Below, one piece after another: positions 32,320 through 41,527 of a stretch of DNA of 58,415 nucleotides. The position numbers and the translations under genes were made by a program. The notes below the pieces were generated by a model, which saw nothing but the letters and a program-made list of their open reading frames with translations, did no database searches and had not been told where the DNA came from. The DNA comes from an uncultured beta proteobacterium (GTDB lineage: Bacteria; Pseudomonadota; Gammaproteobacteria; Burkholderiales; Burkholderiaceae): NCBI GenBank assembly GCA_903837335.1, contig CAILUH010000163.1, positions 1-58,415 of the forward strand, in the 5' to 3' direction. How positions within the stretch are numbered: the first letter of the stretch is position 1; each line of letters starts with the position of its first letter.

Positions 32320-32991
32320 ATGAATTGGACTGAGCTCGGTTTAAGTGTCGGTATTGTAAATTTCCCCACCTATCTTTTGGGCACCATCATCATCGTGCTT
32401 TTGCCCGGACCAAACTCACTCTATGTTTTAACCATTTCTGCGCAGCGGGGATGGCGAGCTGGAGCATGGGGTGCCTGCGGGATATTTTTTGGCGACTCCA
32501 TTTTGATGTTGGCGATTGCGCTTGGTGTTACTGGTTTATTAAGCGCCTCACCAATGACGTTTGCGGTAGTGCGTTATCTCGGCGCAGCTTATTTAGCGTG
32601 GTTAGGTTGGGGACTGATTCGGGGTGGGATCAGGCGTTGGCCAAAGGCGCAGGCGTTTTCACCCAAGGATGCCTTTGCCGCTATTCGTTTGGCGCAACTC
32701 CATCCTTTGTGGGCTGCATTGGCTTTATCGCTGACAAATCCAAAAGCCATTTTTTTCTTTGCGTCTTTTTTTGCGCAATTTGTTGACCCTACTTTTGCAT
32801 ATCCAAGCCTGAGTTTTTTCTATTTAGCTGTCGTTACGCAAATCTTAAGTATGTCGTATTTAGCTATGCTGATTGGCGCAGGACAATTTTTCTTACATTT
32901 ATTTCAAACACATCTACGTTGGTCAGCCATTTTATGGATGATGGTCGGTGTACTCTTTATTGTATTTGGTATCCATTTGCTGATTTCTTAG
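32320..32991 (+). CDS. leuE: LysE/RhtB-family leucine efflux protein
   Basis: LLPGPNSLYVL, YLGAAYL, LTNPKAIFFF, QFVDP. Confidence 0.8.
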   Translation: MNWTELGLSVGIVNFPTYLLGTIIIVLLPGPNSLYVLTISAQRGWRAGAWGACGIFFGDSILMLAIALGVTGLLSASPMTFAVVRYLGAAYLAWLGWGLIRGGIRRWPKAQAFSPKDAFAAIRLAQLHPLWAALALSLTNPKAIFFFASFFAQFVDPTFAYPSLSFFYLAVVTQILSMSYLAMLIGAGQFFLHLFQTHLRWSAILWMMVGVLFIVFGIHLLIS

Positions 32992-33034
32992 AGCTCGGCT
33001 AAGATCGGTAAATATCAATCGCGGAGGACAAGTT

Positions 33035-33586
33035 ATGAATGGAGTGCAATTAGAAACAGCCACCTTAGGTGGCGGATGCTTTTGGTGTCTTGAAGCGGTT
33101 TACCAGCAGGTGCGCGGAGTAACTGCTGTCGTTTCAGGTTATGCGGGAGGCGCTGGCGCCAACCCGACCTATGAAGCAGTTTGCGCTGGTGTTACAGGGC
33201 ATGCAGAGGTAGTCGCGGTTGAATTTGATCCGCAGCAAGTTAGCTATCGCGATTTATTGGAAATCTTTTTTGTGATTCATGATCCGACGACCTTAAACCG
33301 GCAGGGCAATGATATTGGCTCCCAGTATCGCTCGGTAATTTATACCAATAGTGCGGAGCAAGAGAAAACGGCACATGAAGTTGTTGCTGAATTAACTCGT
33401 GAAAATGCATATGGTTCACCGATCGTCACGGAAATTCAAGCTAGCCCAATTTTTTATGCCGCTGAGGCTTATCACCAAAATTATTTTCGCAATCATCCGG
33501 CTCAAGGCTATTGCGCTGCCATCATTGCGCCAAAGCTGAGTAAATTTAGGGCTAAATTTAAATCACTCCTAAACGCTGCTGCTTAA
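33035..33586 (+). CDS. msrA: Peptide methionine sulfoxide reductase A
   Basis: GGGCFWC, HDPTTLNRQGND.G.QYRS, AEAYHQNY; GGAGG RBS. Confidence 0.96.
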   Translation: MNGVQLETATLGGGCFWCLEAVYQQVRGVTAVVSGYAGGAGANPTYEAVCAGVTGHAEVVAVEFDPQQVSYRDLLEIFFVIHDPTTLNRQGNDIGSQYRSVIYTNSAEQEKTAHEVVAELTRENAYGSPIVTEIQASPIFYAAEAYHQNYFRNHPAQGYCAAIIAPKLSKFRAKFKSLLNAAA

Positions 33587-33604
33587 GCTACTTTTTTTGC
33601 TCGC

Positions 33605-34261
33605 TTAGGGTGCTAAACGTGAAATACGCCAAGCATTATTTAGTTCTGGTGCAGGGGTAGTCAGGCGCTGATAGCGAATGCGATCATGCAAGCGTGAGGG
33701 TCGACCTTGCCAAAACTCAATCTCTTCAGCCCATAAACAATAGCCACCCCAGTGTTTCGGGCGGGGTGGCGTTGTGCCAAATTGTTTTTCAAAACGCTGC
33801 TCGGCCGTCTCTAGATATTCGCGGTTAGGGATTTCAGTACTCTGGGGTGAGGCCCAAGCACCAATGCGCGAAGCAAGAGGACGCGAAATAAAGTATGCAT
33901 CGCTTTCCGCGGCCGCTATGCGGCTGACTAATCCTGAAATGCGTACTTGGCGCTCGAGCTCATGCCAGTAAAATAACAATGCAGCTTGGGGCCGCTCGGC
34001 CAGCTCTTGCCCCTTTTGGCTTTGGTAGTTGGTGAAAAAGGTAAAGCCTGCGGCATCAGCGCCCTTGAGGAGTACTGTGCGCAAGGATGGTTTGCCTAAG
34101 GCATCCGCCGTGCCTAGGGTCATGGCGTTGGGTTCTGGGCATTGCGCGTTTTTAGCTTGCTCAAACCAAGTGTGAAATAAAGAGAGTGGATCGGCAGGCA
34201 CATCGTTTTCAGATAGCTGTCCGCGAACATAGTTTTTACGAAGATCTGCAATGGTGTTCAT
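33605..34261 (-). CDS. pdxH: Pyridoxamine 5'-phosphate oxidase
   Basis: R.VLLK, ERQVRI, EFWQGRPSRLHDR, terminal RLAP. True start likely MNTIADLR at 34261. Confidence 0.95.
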   Translation of the reverse strand: MNTIADLRKNYVRGQLSENDVPADPLSLFHTWFEQAKNAQCPEPNAMTLGTADALGKPSLRTVLLKGADAAGFTFFTNYQSQKGQELAERPQAALLFYWHELERQVRISGLVSRIAAAESDAYFISRPLASRIGAWASPQSTEIPNREYLETAEQRFEKQFGTTPPRPKHWGGYCLWAEEIEFWQGRPSRLHDRIRYQRLTTPAPELNNAWRISRLAP

Positions 34262-34283
34262 GAATTCAGTATAAAGAGAGCTT

Positions 34284-35090
34284 ATGAGTAATGGAACTAG
34301 GGCAAATTTTGTTGCCAACGAAGGGGTAGGTGAGGCGGTTACCGCAGGCGTTGGTGCCGCGGTAGGTCGCCGCTTCATTGGGGTGGCTAAATTGTATGGC
34401 GACGCTGCATTCCAACAGTTTCAGCAAGCTACTGTAGTAGTGGCGGGTCTCGGGGGTGTCGGTTCTTGGGCAGCAGAGGCCTTGGCCCGTTCGGCAATTG
34501 GCCATTTAGTGTTGATTGATTTTGATCACGTCAGCGAAGGCAACACTAATCGACAACTTCCCGCTTTAGAGGGTGAGTTTGGGCGCGAAAAGGTTGTGGT
34601 CATGGCAGAGCGACTCGTGCGCATCAACCCAGAGTTGCGATTAACTTGTCACGATGCTTTTTTAGAGTCTGATAACCTAGATTTGCTCATCCCGCCTAAA
34701 GCTATCGTATTAGATGCAACCGATGCCCTGGAAACCAAAATTGCCTTAGCGGTATGGAGTGTAGCAAGGCAACAGGATTTAGTCATGTGCGGTGGGGTAG
34801 GGGGCAAAACAGACCCTAGTTGTTTGCGGGCTGACGACTTAGGACAGTCTATTCAAGACCCTTTACTGGCCAAAATTCGGGCAGATTTGCGTAAAAACCA
34901 CGGTTTTTCACGCGACTTAAAGAAAAAGATGGAAATTCGCGCTATCTACTCAAAAGAGCCGCGAATGGGCAAAGCCATTGGGGGTTTAGCGTGTGCTGGC
35001 TATGGTTCGGCAGTAACAGTGACCGCAGGATGCGGTTTTTTAGCTGCGGCTGAGGTTTTGGCCTTAATTAGCCATAGAAAACCCGCATAA
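34284..35090 (+). CDS. tcdA: tRNA threonylcarbamoyladenosine dehydratase (ThiF family)
   Basis: GLGGVGSWAAEALARS, NTNRQ, GGKTDP, DPLLAK.R, CAGYGS. Start uncertain. Confidence 0.85.
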   Translation: MSNGTRANFVANEGVGEAVTAGVGAAVGRRFIGVAKLYGDAAFQQFQQATVVVAGLGGVGSWAAEALARSAIGHLVLIDFDHVSEGNTNRQLPALEGEFGREKVVVMAERLVRINPELRLTCHDAFLESDNLDLLIPPKAIVLDATDALETKIALAVWSVARQQDLVMCGGVGGKTDPSCLRADDLGQSIQDPLLAKIRADLRKNHGFSRDLKKKMEIRAIYSKEPRMGKAIGGLACAGYGSAVTVTAGCGFLAAAEVLALISHRKPA

Positions 35091-35118
35091 ATTTGCTAAA
35101 CTCCTGACTTACTTAGTA

Positions 35119-35272
35119 TTCTAAGTAGCAAAACTATCAACAATTCGTTTTTTGAGGCGTTGAATGGCTAGCTTCAAATAAAGGCCACTTTTACGGCCAT
35201 TGTTTTTGAATCGAGTGGTTTTTGTTTGAACCTGCAGGAAACTGCTTTTTATTACCTATATAGGAGTTTTAC
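35119..35272 (+). promoter_or_regulatory. Duplicated promoter plus structured 5' leader, copy 1
   Basis: TCAAC-N16-CGTTGA; 18-bp stem 35173-35190/35213-35230; GCAG-GAAA-CTGC hairpin; AGGAG RBS. Paralogous to 35641-35809. Confidence 0.75.
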
Positions 35273-35536
35273 ATGAGCAAATTGATCATTGCTTTGGTTT
35301 CTGGTTTATTCGCAGTTAGCGTTAATGCCCAAACACCAGTTAAGCAAGCCCCAGCTGGTGACGCTGTGCAGCCTAAAATTGAAAAAGTGGAGCGCAAAAC
35401 TGAAACTGGCAAAGGCTTACCTACTGCCAAAGATACTACGAAGTTGAAGCAAGCCCCAGCTGGTGACGCTATACAGCCTAAAGTTGAAAATAAACAACGT
35501 AAAGATGAAAACAAGCCAATGCCTGCTGCTAAGTAA
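35273..35536 (+). CDS. Small secreted Lys/Pro/Ala-rich protein with an internal repeat
   Basis: Sec signal MSKLIIALVSGLFAVSVNA, two KQAPAGDA(V/I)QPK repeats, strong RBS and its own terminator. Confidence 0.85.
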   Translation: MSKLIIALVSGLFAVSVNAQTPVKQAPAGDAVQPKIEKVERKTETGKGLPTAKDTTKLKQAPAGDAIQPKVENKQRKDENKPMPAAK

Positions 35537-35556
35537 TTTATAGCCGTATGACATAT

Positions 35557-35584
35557 AAAACCTCGGTTCGCCGGGGTTTTTTTT
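35557..35584 (+). terminator. Rho-independent terminator
   Basis: AAAACCTCGG-TTCG-CCGGGGTTTT followed by a T tract. Confidence 0.9.
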
Positions 35585-35640
35585 GCCCTTCACCCACCTA
35601 ATAGGGGGATAAATTGGCTAGAATTTCTGGTTATTTGGAT

Positions 35641-35809
35641 TTCTAAGTAACAAAACTGTCAACGCTTTGCCCTTTTAGGCGTTGATTGTTGAGCTTCAAA
35701 TGAAAACTGCTTACCTAAAGCACATCACTTTGGTGGTAGTTTTTAGTGGAGTGGTTTTTATTTGAACCTGCAGGCAACTGCAAATTTCTTACCTATATAG
35801 GAGTTTTAC
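35641..35809 (+). promoter_or_regulatory. Duplicated promoter plus structured 5' leader, copy 2
   Basis: TCAAC-N16-CGTTGA; 18-bp stem 35695-35712/35749-35766; GCAG-GCAA-CTGC hairpin; AGGAG RBS. Confidence 0.75.
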
Positions 35810-36013
35810 ATGAGCAAAATTATCGCCGCTTTGGTTTCTGGTTTATTCGCTGTTACCGTATTTGCTGCTGAGCCAGCTAAAGATGCTGCTAAGCCAGCAG
35901 CTGCTGCACCTGCTGCTAAAGCTGATGCTAAAGCACCTGCTAAAGCTGATGCTAAAGCTGATGCTAAAGCACCTGCTAAAGCTGCTGACGCTAAAGCGCC
36001 TGCTGCTAAGTAA
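35810..36013 (+). CDS. Small secreted Ala/Lys/Asp-rich low-complexity protein
   Basis: Signal MSKIIAALVSGLFAVTVFA followed by AKAD/AKAP repeats; RBS and terminator present. Confidence 0.85.
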   Translation: MSKIIAALVSGLFAVTVFAAEPAKDAAKPAAAAPAAKADAKAPAKADAKADAKAPAKAADAKAPAAK

Positions 36014-36026
36014 TTTTTACTGCTTT

Positions 36027-36056
36027 AAAAAACCTCGGTTCGCCGGGGTTTTTTTT
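36027..36056 (+). terminator. Rho-independent terminator, same sequence as 35557-35584
   Basis: AAAAAACCTCGG-TTCG-CCGGGGTTTTTTTT. Confidence 0.9.
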
Positions 36057-36354
36057 CGCCTGCGTTTTCTTTTGTAGCCCAAATTCAGTTTTATAAGCAC
36101 TACTAGCTTGGCCAAAGGTCAATATTGGCGCATTGTCATCAGGGATTTCCCTGTCAGAAATTTCGTATTTTTTTGTAGGAAGCCAATACAGGAATTCAAA
36201 TTTAGCCACTAACTAGCAAGAGTCGCCATTAAGGACCTTGCAGTTTTCTCATTTATAAAACTTTTGGTAGTTTTAGGCCCTAGTGCTTTTTCCGTTCACT
36301 CCCTAGACTCTGCTTCGTTGCTTGTTTGGCAACGTCAGATCGAAAGGAGATCTC

Positions 36355-37737
36355 TTGCAAACAGAATCACATGGATTAAAGCGCCATCTCAAGGCGCGAC
36401 ATATTCGCCTCATGGCTTTAGGGTCGACAATTGGAGTAGGGCTCTTTTTGGGTTCGAGTACCGCAATCAAGATTGCTGGCCCCTCTATTTTGTTGAGTTA
36501 TTTCATCGCTGGAATTGTGGCCTTCATCGTCTTGCGCGCCTTAGGTGAAATGGCTGTGCATGAGCCAGTAGCTGGTTCATTTGCCGCTTACGCCAGCAGT
36601 TATGTCAGCCCATTAGCAGGGTATATGGTCGGCTGGGGATATTGGACCTATTGGATTTTGGTCGGTATCGCTGAAGTCACTGCAGTGGGAATTTATATGG
36701 GCATCTGGTTTCCCGATATTCCGCAATGGACTTGGGCGCTAGCATCGATTGTGTCGATGGGTTTGATTAATTTAATTGCTGTCAAAGTATTTGGTGAGTT
36801 TGAGTTTTGGTTTGCCTTAATTAAAGTAGTCGCGATCATCGTCATGATTGCCGTTGGCGCAGCGGTTATTTTTCTGGGCTACACCAATGATTGGCAGCCA
36901 CTTGGTTTAGCAAACTTATGGCAGCACGGCGGTTTTTTCCCCAATGGCATTGAAGGGGTATTGCTTTCTCTCGAGATGGTTTTATTTGCCTATGTTGGCA
37001 TCGAGATGATTGGCTTGTCGGCAGGTGAGGCAGAAAATCCCCGCAAAACAATCCCGATGGCGATTAATTCATTGGCTTGGCGCATTTTAATTTTTTATAT
37101 TGGTGCGTTGTTGGTAATCTTAGCCATTTTTCCTTGGAATGAAGTCGGTCAGCAAGGCAGTCCCTTTGTAGTGATGTTTGAACGCATTGGTTTAAGTGAA
37201 GCGGCTGGTGTAATTAATTTTGTGGTCATCACTGCTGCCTTATCGTCATGCAATGCAGGCATTTTTAGCGGCGGTCGTTTGCTGTATGCCTTATCCGTGA
37301 ATGGCTATGCCCCAGAAAAATTGACGGCGTTATCGGTTGGTGGTGTGCCCCATAAGGCTGTCATCCTGACAGTGCTGGTGGCGATGGCGGGAGTTGCATT
37401 AAATTACTTTGCGCCGTCTGCAGCCTTTCATTACGCCATGGCTGGAGTGACATTTATTGGCTTAATGGTGTGGGTAGCAATTTTATATACCCAGCTACAA
37501 TTTCGTCGCTCCTTATCGTCAGCACAACGTACTGCGTTGGAATTTAAAACACCCTGGTGGCCCTATTCATCTTGGTTTGCTTTGGCATTCATCGGTTTAG
37601 TTATCGCCATGATGGCAATGAGTGACTATGCCCGGGCTGCCCTAATTGTCGGACCGTGTTTATTAGGACTTTATTTTGTTCTGTTTTTCGTATTGGGTTT
37701 ACATCGCAAAAATCAACTGATTAAGGAGAAAATATGA
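36355..37737 (+). CDS. APC-family amino acid permease (CycA/YifK-like, probably alanine)
   Basis: LKARHIRLMALGSTIGVGLFLG, FGEFEFWFALIKV. TTG start at 36355 after AAGGAG; overlaps the ald start (ATGA). Confidence 0.9.
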   Translation: MQTESHGLKRHLKARHIRLMALGSTIGVGLFLGSSTAIKIAGPSILLSYFIAGIVAFIVLRALGEMAVHEPVAGSFAAYASSYVSPLAGYMVGWGYWTYWILVGIAEVTAVGIYMGIWFPDIPQWTWALASIVSMGLINLIAVKVFGEFEFWFALIKVVAIIVMIAVGAAVIFLGYTNDWQPLGLANLWQHGGFFPNGIEGVLLSLEMVLFAYVGIEMIGLSAGEAENPRKTIPMAINSLAWRILIFYIGALLVILAIFPWNEVGQQGSPFVVMFERIGLSEAAGVINFVVITAALSSCNAGIFSGGRLLYALSVNGYAPEKLTALSVGGVPHKAVILTVLVAMAGVALNYFAPSAAFHYAMAGVTFIGLMVWVAILYTQLQFRRSLSSAQRTALEFKTPWWPYSSWFALAFIGLVIAMMAMSDYARAALIVGPCLLGLYFVLFFVLGLHRKNQLIKEKI

Positions 37738-38855
37738 TTATTGGTTTACCGCAAGAAGTGAAAAATAATGAATTTCGGGTCGGCCTTACACCCAGCAATG
37801 TGCGGTCGTTAATCATGCAAGGGCATTCTGTTTTGGTGCAGCGAGATGCAGGTAAGCGCATTGGTTTTACTGATGATATGTATCGCATTGCTGGCGCTAA
37901 GCTAACAGAAACTGCTGAAGAAATTTTTGCTGGCGCAGAAATGATTGTGAAAGTAAAAGAGCCGCAAGCAGAAGAATGTGCACTGTTACGCGAGGAGCAA
38001 ATTTTATTTACCTATTTACACTTAGCCCCAGATCCACTGCAAACCAAAGCCTTATTAGCATCTGGCGCTATTTGTATTGCTTATGAAACCGTGACTGCAG
38101 GCAATGGCACTTTACCCTTACTTGCGCCAATGAGTGAAGTGGCGGGGCGTATGTCAATTCAGGCTGCAGCGCATCATTTAGAAAAAACCCATGGGGGACC
38201 TGGCATTTTAATGGCCGGCGTACCGGGCGTAGCGCCAGCAAAGGTGGTGATTTTGGGGGCAGGCGTAGTGGGTCGCAATGCTTTGCAAATGGCAGTTGGT
38301 ATGGGTGCTGATGTAACTATTTTTGATTGTGATATCGAACGCCTGCGGGCAATTGATGTCACTTATGGCAACCGAGTTAAATCACTGTACTCTGATCCCA
38401 GCGCCCTGGAAGATGCTGTTTATCAAGCAGATGCTGTAATTGGCGGAGTGCTTTTACCGGGTGCTGCAGCGCCTAAATTAGTCACGCGAAAAATGGTCGG
38501 CAAAATGAAGTCGGGCGCGGTGGTCGTTGATGTAGCAATTGATCAGGGCGGATGTTTTGAAACTTCACTGCCAACGACGCATGCCAATCCTACTTTTGAA
38601 GTGGATGGCGTAGTTCATTACTGCGTTGCCAATATGCCGGGCGCCGTGGCTAGAACCTCAACTTTGGCCTTAACCAATGCGACTTATCCATTTATTGATG
38701 CTTTGGCAAATCGCGGTGTAGTTGCTGCTCTAGAGTTCGATCGGCACTTACGCAATGGCTTAAGTATTCATCGCGGCAGGCTAACCTCTGCACCAGTGGC
38801 GCAGGCACAAAGTTTGCACTATATTTCAGCTGAGGAGCTGCTTGAGGCTAACTAA
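37734..38855 (+). CDS. ald: Alanine dehydrogenase
   Basis: EVKNNEFRV, KVKEP, TYLHLA, LLAPMSEVAGR, DVAIDQGGC, YCVANMPGAV. Confidence 0.96.
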   Translation: MIIGLPQEVKNNEFRVGLTPSNVRSLIMQGHSVLVQRDAGKRIGFTDDMYRIAGAKLTETAEEIFAGAEMIVKVKEPQAEECALLREEQILFTYLHLAPDPLQTKALLASGAICIAYETVTAGNGTLPLLAPMSEVAGRMSIQAAAHHLEKTHGGPGILMAGVPGVAPAKVVILGAGVVGRNALQMAVGMGADVTIFDCDIERLRAIDVTYGNRVKSLYSDPSALEDAVYQADAVIGGVLLPGAAAPKLVTRKMVGKMKSGAVVVDVAIDQGGCFETSLPTTHANPTFEVDGVVHYCVANMPGAVARTSTLALTNATYPFIDALANRGVVAALEFDRHLRNGLSIHRGRLTSAPVAQAQSLHYISAEELLEAN

Positions 38856-38873
38856 GTCAGCTAACTAAGCGAG

Positions 38874-39458
38874 TTAACTAAGATCACTAACTAAGGAGGC
38901 TAGGGTTTCGTGAGCGAGGGTTTCAATGTGGATGGGGTAGCCCTTGTGGTCACAGCCAACCATCATTTGTGCCCCTGCTTTCAAAACCTTTTTCATATCC
39001 TCTGTAAGCTCAAAGCGCATAAAGTGCACTGCTGAGGTTTTTTCTTCAGAGCCGCGCTCTAAATCCTCATCGGCAATTGCGTAAACTCGGGGTTGACCTT
39101 CAATCTCAATGAAGACATGATTTTCAACGCCAACCAATTTACTTAAGGCAATTTTGCGATCGGCTTCATTGGGATACTCCAGCATCATCGTCGCCTTGAA
39201 ATTCGAGCCCTCTGGTACTAATGGGTTGTAAGCGTCGAGCTCATCTTGAATCCCCGCGTCGTCGAAGGTTTTTTCAACGCGAAGCATTTCTTGAATTTGA
39301 TAGCGCATCAGAAATTCATTTTCGAAAATCATCGTCAAATGGTCACCTAAATGGACTGTGCGGATGCGTCGCTCTTCTATGGCCTTATGGCGCATTTCTG
39401 GGCGTTCCTTGTGATAAGCCTCGAGGCTTAAAAGGCTACTGCGGGTAATCATTCCCAT
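38874..39458 (-). CDS. DUF3501-family protein
   Basis: FEN...RYQIQEMLRVEK, ELDAYNPLVP, KTSAVHF.RF. Confidence 0.85.
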   Translation of the reverse strand: MGMITRSSLLSLEAYHKERPEMRHKAIEERRIRTVHLGDHLTMIFENEFLMRYQIQEMLRVEKTFDDAGIQDELDAYNPLVPEGSNFKATMMLEYPNEADRKIALSKLVGVENHVFIEIEGQPRVYAIADEDLERGSEEKTSAVHFMRFELTEDMKKVLKAGAQMMVGCDHKGYPIHIETLAHETLASLVSDLS

Positions 39459-39486
39459 CGTGGTTTTGTCCTATCTTTCTTCTAGT

Positions 39487-40824
39487 TTACAGGCCATAAC
39501 CCTTGGCCATGAGTGTCAATGGATGTGCCATTGGAATATGGGGCAAGCCTAACTCAGCCATTCCCTGTTCTATGTGGTGTCCGGCTAGCTGGCAATCCGA
39601 GCTAATAAAGTTGGGCTCTTCTTCTGCCATCCGCTTAAAAACCGGTTTACCGATTTTTTTCGCCATTTCATGAAACTCTTTTTTAACACCCCAAGTGCCA
39701 GAGTGACCTGAGCAACGCTCCACTACATTCACTTCGGTGCCCGGAATTAAACGTAAAGCTTCAGCGGTTTTTTGACCAATATTTTGCACTCGCGAATGAC
39801 AAGCTAGGTGATAGCTAACATGACCTAATTCAGTAGTGAAGTTTGTCTTCAGCAAACCATCCTTGTGACGCGCTACGAGATATTCAAATGGATCCCACAT
39901 CGCTTCTTTTACGGCTTGCACCGCAGTATCACTAGGGAACATCAGCGGTAGCTCCTGTTTAAACATGAGGGTGCAAGAGGGAATAGGGGTAAGGATGGCA
40001 TAACCAGCACGAGCCAATTCCGCCAGCTTCGGCATATTCTTTTCTTTATTTGCGGCCACCGACTCTAAATCACCGAGCTCAAGTTTAGGCATGCCACAGC
40101 ATGCTTCCTTCTCAACCAGTTCATACGGTATTTCATTATGTTGCAAAATTTTAATGAGGTCTTGACCAATGCCAGGCTCGTTGTAATTGATGTAGCAGGT
40201 CGCAAAGATCGCTACCTTACCTGGTGTTTTCTTACCATCAATGACTGGAAAGGCAGTTGATTTTTCGGCTAACTGGGGAAATGTTTTCCGCGCGTAATCT
40301 GGAATCCAAGCATCTTTATGAACTCCCATTGCGCCTTCTAACATCAAGCGTGTCAGCCCCGTTTTATTAACTGCATTGACTGCTTGGGTGACGATGGGTA
40401 TGCCAGCAAAAAATCCCATTTTATCGGTGGCGGAAAGTACTTTATCGCGCATCGTCGCTTTATCATCTTGAAAGTTTTTGGCTTTTTGGCGCAACATTAA
40501 ATGGGGAAAATCAATATTCCAGGGGTGCGGCGGCACGTAAGGGCACTTGGTCATGTAACAGACATCACAGAGATAGCACTGATCAACCACCGTTTGATAA
40601 TCGGCTTTATTTACTTGCTCGAGTTCACCGTCGGGGGTGCCATCGATGAGATCAAACAAGGTCGGAAATGAACCGCACAGATTAACGCAGCGTCGACAGC
40701 CATGGCAAACATCAAAGACGCGTTCTAATTCAGCATCAATTTTGGTCTGGTCATAAAACTCGGGATTTTGCCAATCCAGGGGGTGGCGGGTTGGTGCTTC
40801 TAAATTGCCTTCAGTCATTGCCAT
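39487..40824 (-). CDS. Fe-S oxidoreductase (GlpC/heterodisulfide-reductase-like; rubrerythrin-associated type)
   Basis: CHGCRRCVNLC, CYLCDVC...CPY, and CCG domains (CCGMP, CSGHSG). Confidence 0.88.
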   Translation of the reverse strand: MAMTEGNLEAPTRHPLDWQNPEFYDQTKIDAELERVFDVCHGCRRCVNLCGSFPTLFDLIDGTPDGELEQVNKADYQTVVDQCYLCDVCYMTKCPYVPPHPWNIDFPHLMLRQKAKNFQDDKATMRDKVLSATDKMGFFAGIPIVTQAVNAVNKTGLTRLMLEGAMGVHKDAWIPDYARKTFPQLAEKSTAFPVIDGKKTPGKVAIFATCYINYNEPGIGQDLIKILQHNEIPYELVEKEACCGMPKLELGDLESVAANKEKNMPKLAELARAGYAILTPIPSCTLMFKQELPLMFPSDTAVQAVKEAMWDPFEYLVARHKDGLLKTNFTTELGHVSYHLACHSRVQNIGQKTAEALRLIPGTEVNVVERCSGHSGTWGVKKEFHEMAKKIGKPVFKRMAEEEPNFISSDCQLAGHHIEQGMAELGLPHIPMAHPLTLMAKGYGL

Positions 40825-40933
40825 TACTATCCTTCAATATGCTTTTGATTATTGATGAGTGTATGATTCTTCGGCTTAATAGCCAAATTGTATTAATTAA
40901 AGATCTCAATAGTAATTTACTAAACACTCGCAT

Positions 40934-41512
40934 ATGCTCGATTTTTCCGCCTTCGTCATCTCAGGCTCGGTCGTTGCTTTGGCTGAAATGGGCGATAAAA
41001 CACAACTCCTCTCATTGATGCTGGCGGCGCGCTATCCCAAGCAAGCGGGGCCCATTATTGGTGGAATTTTGCTGGCCACCCTGCTTAATCACGCTGGTGC
41101 TGCGTTGGTGGGCCATTGGCTGGCAGATTTATTGAGTCCGAATGTCATGCAGTGGATTTTAGGCGTGGGCTTTTTATTGATTGGTTTATGGTTACTGATT
41201 CCAGATCGCCTCGATGACAGCAAAGAGCAAAAGGTTGCTAATCGAGGGTGGCAAGTTTTTGTGTTTACCACCACCATTTTCTTTTTGGCGGAAATGGGGG
41301 ATAAAACCCAAATTGCCACCATCGCCTTAGGCGCTCGCTACGACAGTGTGACTTCAGTCACCTTAGGTACTACGCTGGGGATGATGCTGGCTAATATTCC
41401 CGCGGTTTGGTTGGGGCGTAAGTTTACCGAGCGTTTGCCAATTCAGGTGGTACATGCCATAGCGGCAGTAGTGTTTATTGGCTTAGGGGTCGTGACCTTA
41501 ATCTTTGCCTAA
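40934..41512 (+). CDS. TMEM165/GDT1 (UPF0016) putative Mn2+/Ca2+ transporter
   Basis: Two EMGDKTQ motifs. Confidence 0.93.
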   Translation: MLDFSAFVISGSVVALAEMGDKTQLLSLMLAARYPKQAGPIIGGILLATLLNHAGAALVGHWLADLLSPNVMQWILGVGFLLIGLWLLIPDRLDDSKEQKVANRGWQVFVFTTTIFFLAEMGDKTQIATIALGARYDSVTSVTLGTTLGMMLANIPAVWLGRKFTERLPIQVVHAIAAVVFIGLGVVTLIFA

Positions 41513-41527
41513 GCCTACAATACTGGG

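Noticed and set aside
34262-34378. N-terminal extension of pdxH overlapping tcdA
   Set aside because: The family-like sequence begins at MNTIADLR (34261), which also has a -10 box 6 nt upstream.
35100-36060. Repeats considered as a CRISPR array or type I toxin-antitoxin pair
   Set aside because: Only two copies, no spacer periodicity and no cas genes; the products have cleavable-looking signal peptides with hydrophilic mature parts, and no antisense gene was evident.
36060-36354. Possible amino-acid riboswitch before the permease-ald operon
   Set aside because: No convincing glycine-riboswitch or other aptamer consensus could be traced.
40825-40933. yybP-ykoY Mn riboswitch expected before TMEM165
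   Set aside because: The short AT-rich spacer shows no recognisable aptamer motifs.
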